The notes beneath the pieces were generated by a model. It searched no databases and was not told the DNA's origin. It saw only the letters and a list, made by a program, of their open reading frames with translations. From contig JAZTWW010000015.1 of NCBI GenBank assembly GCA_045636065.1, positions 2,595 through 66,594 of the forward strand: 64,000 nucleotides of DNA. Direction: 5' to 3'. The translations under genes and the position numbers were made by a program. Each line of letters starts with the position of its first letter. Positions within the stretch are counted from its first letter, which is position 1. Positions 59,269 to 64,000 of this stretch are shown one piece after another. The stretch is from Kiritimatiellia bacterium. GTDB lineage: Bacteria > Verrucomicrobiota > Kiritimatiellia > RFP12 > UBA1067.

Positions 59269-60111
59269 ATGAAAGTCTTCAATGAACCTGGAAAACTGCA
59301 GAAGTGGTGCCTGAGCCGCCGTATGGCCGGCGCGAAGGTGGCGCTCGTGCCTACGATGGGCGCGCTCCACGCCGGACATCTGAGCCTCATAGCCGAGGCC
59401 AAGAGGCGCGGCGCGGACGAGATCGTCGTAAGCGTGTTCGTCAACCCCGTGCAGTTCGGCCCGAACGAGGACTACGACAGGTATCCCCGCGACCACAAGG
59501 CAGACCAGGCGCGCTGCCGCAAGGCCGGAGCGACGGCGATATTCTTCCCCACTCCGGAGAACATGTACCTTGAGGGCCACAGCGTCTACGTGAACGAGGA
59601 GTCGCTTTCCAAGGGGCTCTGCGGCGCTAGGAGGCCGGGCCACTTCAGGGGCGTATGCACCGTAGTCGCCAAGCTCTTCAACATCGTGCAGCCTTCCTTC
59701 GCCGTCTTCGGGCAGAAGGATTTCCAGCAGGCGGCGATAATAAGGCGCATGGTGCGCGATCTCAACTTCGGCATCGACATAGTCGTAGCCCCCATAGTCC
59801 GCGAGGATAGCGGCCTCGCCCTCAGTTCGCGCAACTCGTACCTGAGCGAGGAGGAGCGCGAGCGCGCGTTGGCGCTCTCGGCCGCTCTCGCCGCCGCGAA
59901 GGACGATGTCGCCACCTACGGCGGGATCGACTGGAAGACGTACAAGGCGAACATAAGGAGATTCCTCGTCAAGGCCGGGCTCAAGGTGGACTACATAGAG
60001 GCCGTGAACGCAGAGACGCTTGAGCCCGTGGCGACTCTCGACAAGGGCGATGCGATACTCCTTGCAGTATACGACGGCGCGACGAGGCTCATAGACAACG
60101 CCGTCATGTGA
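59269..60111 (+). CDS. panC: pantoate--beta-alanine ligase
   Basis: VPTMGALHAGHLSL, SVFVNPVQFGPNEDYDRYPR and FGQKDFQQ. GGAGGG lies 8 nt upstream of ATG 59269. Confidence 0.95.
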   Translation: MKVFNEPGKLQKWCLSRRMAGAKVALVPTMGALHAGHLSLIAEAKRRGADEIVVSVFVNPVQFGPNEDYDRYPRDHKADQARCRKAGATAIFFPTPENMYLEGHSVYVNEESLSKGLCGARRPGHFRGVCTVVAKLFNIVQPSFAVFGQKDFQQAAIIRRMVRDLNFGIDIVVAPIVREDSGLALSSRNSYLSEEERERALALSAALAAAKDDVATYGGIDWKTYKANIRRFLVKAGLKVDYIEAVNAETLEPVATLDKGDAILLAVYDGATRLIDNAVM

Positions 60112-60124
60112 TGGAGGCTTCGGG

Positions 60125-61183
60125 ATGGAAACGGCTGTAAAGACGGTTCTCGTTACGGGCGGAAGCGGCTTTCTCGGGATAAACCTCATAAGGTGCCTGA
60201 GGGAGAAGGGCGTCGAGGAGATACGCGTACTCGACATCGCGCCCTTCGAATACCCGGAAGCCGGCGAACCGTGGCTCAAGTTCACGCTCGGCGACGTGCG
60301 CGACAGGGCCGCCGTCGAGAGGTGCGTCGAGGGGTGCGACGCAGTCGTCAATTCGGCGGCCGCTCTTCCCCTCTATCCGCCCGAGGACATCTACACCACC
60401 GAGGTCGACGGAATAAGGAACGTCCTTGACGCGGCGAAGAGGTTCAACGTGCCGCGCGTAGTGCAGATATCCTCGACGGCCGTGTATGGCGTACCGAAGA
60501 AGCATCCGATATTCGAGGACGACGAATTGATCGGCGTCGGTCCCTACGGGAAGGCGAAGATCGAAGCCGAGGCAATCTGCCGCAAGGCCCGCGAGGGCGG
60601 GCAGAGCGTATGCGTGATACGCCCCAAGAGCTTCGTCGGCCCTGAGAGGCTAGGCGTCTTCGCGCTCTTCTACGACTGGGCGTACACGGGCCACGGCTTC
60701 CCGATGATAGGAAGCGGCATGAACCGCTACCAGCTTCTCGACGTAGCGGATCTCGACGAGGCCATCTGGGCCGCCATGACGCTTCCCGCCTCCAAGGTCG
60801 ATACGGAGTTCAACATCGGAGCGAAGGATTTCACGACGATGAAGGAGGACTACCAGGCCGTCCTCGACAGGGCCGGATACGGCAAGCGCATACGCGCTCT
60901 TCCTGTGAAGCCCATCGTCTTCATCCTGAGGGTTCTCGAGAAGCTCCATCTCTCGCCGCTCTATCCGTGGGTGTACGAGACGGCCTCGACGGACAGCTTC
61001 GTCTCGGTGGAGAAGGCCGAGAGGCTTCTCGGCTTCAAGCCGAGATACTCGAACAAGGATGCGCTTCTGAGGAACTACGAGTGGTATGTGGCCCACCTCG
61101 ACGAGTTCAAGGGCAAAAGCGGCGTGAGCCATCGCGTTCCGTGGAAGCAGGGGCTTCTCGCGGCGGCGAAGATGTTCTTCTAG
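60125..61183 (+). CDS. NAD-dependent epimerase/dehydratase (extended SDR)
   Basis: VLVTGGSGFLG Rossmann motif and the YGKAK catalytic YxxxK. Confidence 0.85.
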   Translation: METAVKTVLVTGGSGFLGINLIRCLREKGVEEIRVLDIAPFEYPEAGEPWLKFTLGDVRDRAAVERCVEGCDAVVNSAAALPLYPPEDIYTTEVDGIRNVLDAAKRFNVPRVVQISSTAVYGVPKKHPIFEDDELIGVGPYGKAKIEAEAICRKAREGGQSVCVIRPKSFVGPERLGVFALFYDWAYTGHGFPMIGSGMNRYQLLDVADLDEAIWAAMTLPASKVDTEFNIGAKDFTTMKEDYQAVLDRAGYGKRIRALPVKPIVFILRVLEKLHLSPLYPWVYETASTDSFVSVEKAERLLGFKPRYSNKDALLRNYEWYVAHLDEFKGKSGVSHRVPWKQGLLAAAKMFF

Positions 61184-61191
61184 GGGGGAAG

Positions 61192-61887
61192 ATGGACCAC
61201 CTCATAGAGATAAGGGATCTCAGGAAGATATACAACGTCGGCGGCGAGCCGGTGGCCGCCCTCGATGGGGTCAGCCTTTCGATAGACAGCGGCGAGTTCG
61301 TTGCGATCATGGGCTCCAGCGGAAGCGGCAAGTCCACGATGCTGAACATCCTCGGCTGCCTCGACGCGCCCACATCGGGGAGCTATCTTCTCGACGGCAT
61401 CGAGGTGGCGGCGAGATCGAGGCGCGAGCTGGCGCTTATAAGGAACAGGAAGCTGGGGTTCGTCTTCCAGAACTTCAACCTCCTGCCGAGAACAAGCGCG
61501 ATCGAGCAGGTGGAGCTTCCCGATCTCTATCTCGGGCGGCTTGGCGGGCGCGCGCGCAGGGAGAGGGCGAAGGAGCTCCTTAAGCGTGTGGGCCTCGGCG
61601 GCAGGATGGGCCACACGCCGGCGCAGCTTTCGGGCGGCCAGCAGCAGCGCGTTGCGATAGCGCGCGCACTCATGAACAATCCGCCGGTCCTCTTCGCCGA
61701 CGAGCCCACGGGCAACCTCGACACGAAGAGCTCCGTGGAGATAATGGATCTCTTTACCGAGCTTTCGCGCGAGGGCATAACGATCGTCATGGTCACGCAC
61801 GAGGACGACATCGCCGCGTACGCGAGGCGCCATCTTCTCATGCGCGACGGCCACATCATAAAGGACGACGGGAGGGCCGCGAAGTGA
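61192..61887 (+). CDS. ABC transporter ATP-binding protein (MacB/LolD-type)
   Basis: GSSGSGKST Walker A, LSGGQQQRVAIARAL signature and LFADEPTGNLD Walker B. Confidence 0.93.
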   Translation: MDHLIEIRDLRKIYNVGGEPVAALDGVSLSIDSGEFVAIMGSSGSGKSTMLNILGCLDAPTSGSYLLDGIEVAARSRRELALIRNRKLGFVFQNFNLLPRTSAIEQVELPDLYLGRLGGRARRERAKELLKRVGLGGRMGHTPAQLSGGQQQRVAIARALMNNPPVLFADEPTGNLDTKSSVEIMDLFTELSREGITIVMVTHEDDIAAYARRHLLMRDGHIIKDDGRAAK

Positions 61888-63110
61888 ACGTCACGATGAT
61901 CTTCAAGGTGGCGATCCTCGCCATAATGCGCAACAAGACGCGCTCGCTCCTGACGTGCCTCGGCATAATAGTCGGCATTGCGGCCGTGATCGCGGTGATG
62001 GCGATAGGCCAGGGCGCGCAGACGATGATGGTCCAGGAGATATCCTCCATGGGCAACAATCTCATGATGGTCTTTCCCGAGGGGCGCAACCAGGGGCCGG
62101 TCTCCGGCGGCATGGGCCAGGGCCAGACGATGACGGCCGAGGACGCGGAGGCCATCAAGCGCGAGCTTCCGTGGCTCGTCGCGGGCGTCAGTCCGTCGGT
62201 GAACGTCTCGGCGCAGATGATAAGGCAGGGCAAGAACTGGAATACGCGCATCTCGGGCGTCTCCACCGATTTCCCCGAAGTGCGAAACTGGAGCGTCGGC
62301 GAGGGCCGGTTCTTCACCGAGGAGGAGCAGCGCCGCTCGCAGAGGGTGTGCGTTCTCGGCAAGACCGTCGCCACCAACCTCTTCGGCGACGAGGATCCTA
62401 TCGGCAAGACGTTCCGCATAAAGAACATGCCGTTCAAGGTCGTGGGCATAATGGCCTCCAAGGGCGCCAACGGCTGGGGGCAGGACCAGGACGATACGGT
62501 CCTCGCGCCCTACACGACCGTATCGATGGTGCTTACAAGATCGAAGTTCCGCAGCATCAACATGATGAACGTCTCGCTCGTCTCGATGGACGATCTCGAG
62601 GAGGCGAGGCGCGAGATAACGTCGCTTCTCAGGCAGCGCCACAAGCTCGCCGACTACCAGGACGACGATTTCGAGACGCGCGACACGACTGAGATCATGA
62701 ACACCATAGGAAGCGTCAGCGGGCTCATGACGGTGCTTCTTACGGCCGTCGCGGCGATATCCCTTCTCGTGGGCGGCATCGGCATAATGAACATAATGCT
62801 CGTCTCCGTCACAGAACGCATACGCGAGATCGGGCTCAGGATGGCGATAGGCGCCACGCCCGTCAACATACTGATGCAGTTCATCCTGGAGGCGGTCGTC
62901 CTTTCGACCGTCGGGGGAGCCATAGGGGTGGGAGTAGGCGTGGCCGGGGCCAAGATTATCGGCGAGGTGAACCACTGGCCGATTCTCATAGAGCCGTCAA
63001 GCGCCATAGTGGCGTTCCTCTTCTCGAGCTTCGTCGGGATGTTCTTCGGCTTCTATCCCGCGTGGAGGGCGAGCCGCCTCAATCCGATCGACTGCCTCAG
63101 GTACGAATAG
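61884..63110 (+). CDS. ABC transporter permease (FtsX/MacB-type with periplasmic domain)
   Basis: MacB_PCD-like N-terminal part (CVLGKTVATNLFGDEDPIGKTFRIKNMPFKVVGI) and the FtsX C-terminus (ERIREIGLRMAIGAT). GTG 61884 overlaps the ATPase stop. Confidence 0.9.
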   Translation: MNVTMIFKVAILAIMRNKTRSLLTCLGIIVGIAAVIAVMAIGQGAQTMMVQEISSMGNNLMMVFPEGRNQGPVSGGMGQGQTMTAEDAEAIKRELPWLVAGVSPSVNVSAQMIRQGKNWNTRISGVSTDFPEVRNWSVGEGRFFTEEEQRRSQRVCVLGKTVATNLFGDEDPIGKTFRIKNMPFKVVGIMASKGANGWGQDQDDTVLAPYTTVSMVLTRSKFRSINMMNVSLVSMDDLEEARREITSLLRQRHKLADYQDDDFETRDTTEIMNTIGSVSGLMTVLLTAVAAISLLVGGIGIMNIMLVSVTERIREIGLRMAIGATPVNILMQFILEAVVLSTVGGAIGVGVGVAGAKIIGEVNHWPILIEPSSAIVAFLFSSFVGMFFGFYPAWRASRLNPIDCLRYE

Positions 63111-63125
63111 GGCGGCTCTGCCGCC

Positions 63126-64000
63126 ATGGAAGGCGAAATGGATATTCTGGAATACGACCGCACGCACGTATGGCATCCCTATGCAAGCCTAAAAGATCCG
63201 CCTCCCGTGAGGCTTGCCAAGGGGGCGTCTGGCGTGAAGATGGATGTTGAGGGCAAGGGGCCTTTAATAGACGCCGTCTCCAGCTGGTGGTGCGCCGCGC
63301 ACGGCCACAACCATCCTAGGCTCGTGGAGGCCTTAAGGCGGCAGAGCGAAAGGCTTTGCCACGTGATGTTCGGCGGCTTCACGCACGCTCCGGCCGTCGA
63401 GCTTGCGCAGAGGCTTGCGGATATGTGCCCGGATGGGCTCGACAGGGTGTTCTTCGCGGACTCGGGTTCGATTGCCGTCGAGGTGGCCGTGAAGATGGCG
63501 ACGCAGTACCAGTACGCAAAGGGGCTGCGCCGCCGCACGAAGATGCTTTCCCTGAAGGGCGGGTACCATGGTGACACGGCTTGTGCGATGGCGCTTTCCG
63601 ATCCTGACGGGATGCACACGCTTTTCGCCGGGATGATGCCCAGGCACTTCTTTGCCGACAAGCCGGAGATCCCGTTCGGCGGCGAGTGGGACGAACGCGC
63701 CCTTGAAAGCGTCGAGAGGGCGGTTGCGGAGCATGGCGGCGAGATAGCCGGCATAATCTGCGAGCCGGTCTTCCAGGCGGCAAACGCGATGAACTTCTAC
63801 CATCCCGCGTTCCTGAAGGGGTTGAGGCGGATCTGCAGCGAGAACGGGTTGCTGCTTGTCTTCGACGAGATAGCGGCGGGCTTCTACAGGACCGGGCCGA
63901 GGTGGGCGGCCGGGCACGCTGGCGTCGTGCCGGACATAATGACTGTCGGCAAGGCCCTTACGGGCGGTCACATCACGCTTGCAGCGACGATTGCCTCTGG
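63126..64000 (+). CDS. bioA: adenosylmethionine-8-amino-7-oxononanoate aminotransferase, 5' part (runs off the window)
   Basis: The frame is open to the window end and is not in the ORF track. It contains HVWHPYAS, SSWWCAAHGHNHP, FFADSGS, FDEIAAGFYRTG and VGKALTGG. Confidence 0.88.
   Translation, partial: MEGEMDILEYDRTHVWHPYASLKDPPPVRLAKGASGVKMDVEGKGPLIDAVSSWWCAAHGHNHPRLVEALRRQSERLCHVMFGGFTHAPAVELAQRLADMCPDGLDRVFFADSGSIAVEVAVKMATQYQYAKGLRRRTKMLSLKGGYHGDTACAMALSDPDGMHTLFAGMMPRHFFADKPEIPFGGEWDERALESVERAVAEHGGEIAGIICEPVFQAANAMNFYHPAFLKGLRRICSENGLLLVFDEIAAGFYRTGPRWAAGHAGVVPDIMTVGKALTGGHITLAATIAS

Overview
High-GC (roughly 60-65% in coding regions), very gene-dense chromosomal segment. I call about 60 protein-coding genes. 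All but three (42114-44561, minus strand) are on the + strand, and many are joined by ATGA, GTGA or TGATG start/stop overlaps. I saw no rRNA, tRNA, CRISPR array, transposase, integrase or phage genes. Most of the content is recognisable housekeeping: fabD (3' end), trkA-like, gyrA, V-type ATPase E/A/B, rpoD, aroK-aroB fusion, grpE, dnaJ, rsmE, rpsT, pgk, an acyl-CoA ligase, leuCDB, pheS, tmk, holB, PSP1/ricT, carB, queE, rmuC, yajC, tgt, an rluA-family gene, flavodoxin, a PMM/PGM, pcnB, gdhA, pheT, a trmH-family gene, panC, an epimerase, a MacB-type ABC pair and bioA (5' part). Several features resemble the Bacteroidota/Chlamydiota/PVC pattern: V-ATPase gene order, grpE-dnaJ adjacent without dnaK, and a long Pgk. 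This suggests a PVC/FCB-like organism, which is inference only. Several canonical sigma70 promoters (TTGAnn-17/18-TATAAT-like) and two clear intrinsic terminators are readable. The regions most worth a second look are: (1) two tandem ACPs plus a 4TM/adenylase/hotdog fusion gene downstream of gyrA; (2) a V-ATPase operon that stops after subunit B and runs directly into a ~1000-aa secreted Ig-like protein and a two-catalytic-domain glycosidase; (3) an acyl-CoA ligase / membrane protein / membrane-anchored YrbL-like kinase-fold module; (4) the adjacent ~640-bp non-coding, lower-GC, G-depleted, repeat- and hairpin-rich island upstream of leuC; (5) an Arg-rich protein with a classical C2H2 zinc-finger signature, overlapping pheT, which lies 20 kb from pheS; (6) a membrane-anchored RRM protein preceded by a 32-nt pure-purine tract; (7) an unlisted 57-aa lipoprotein ORF overlapping both of its neighbours. 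All functional calls rest on motif recognition by eye and on remembered family signatures. No database search was run.
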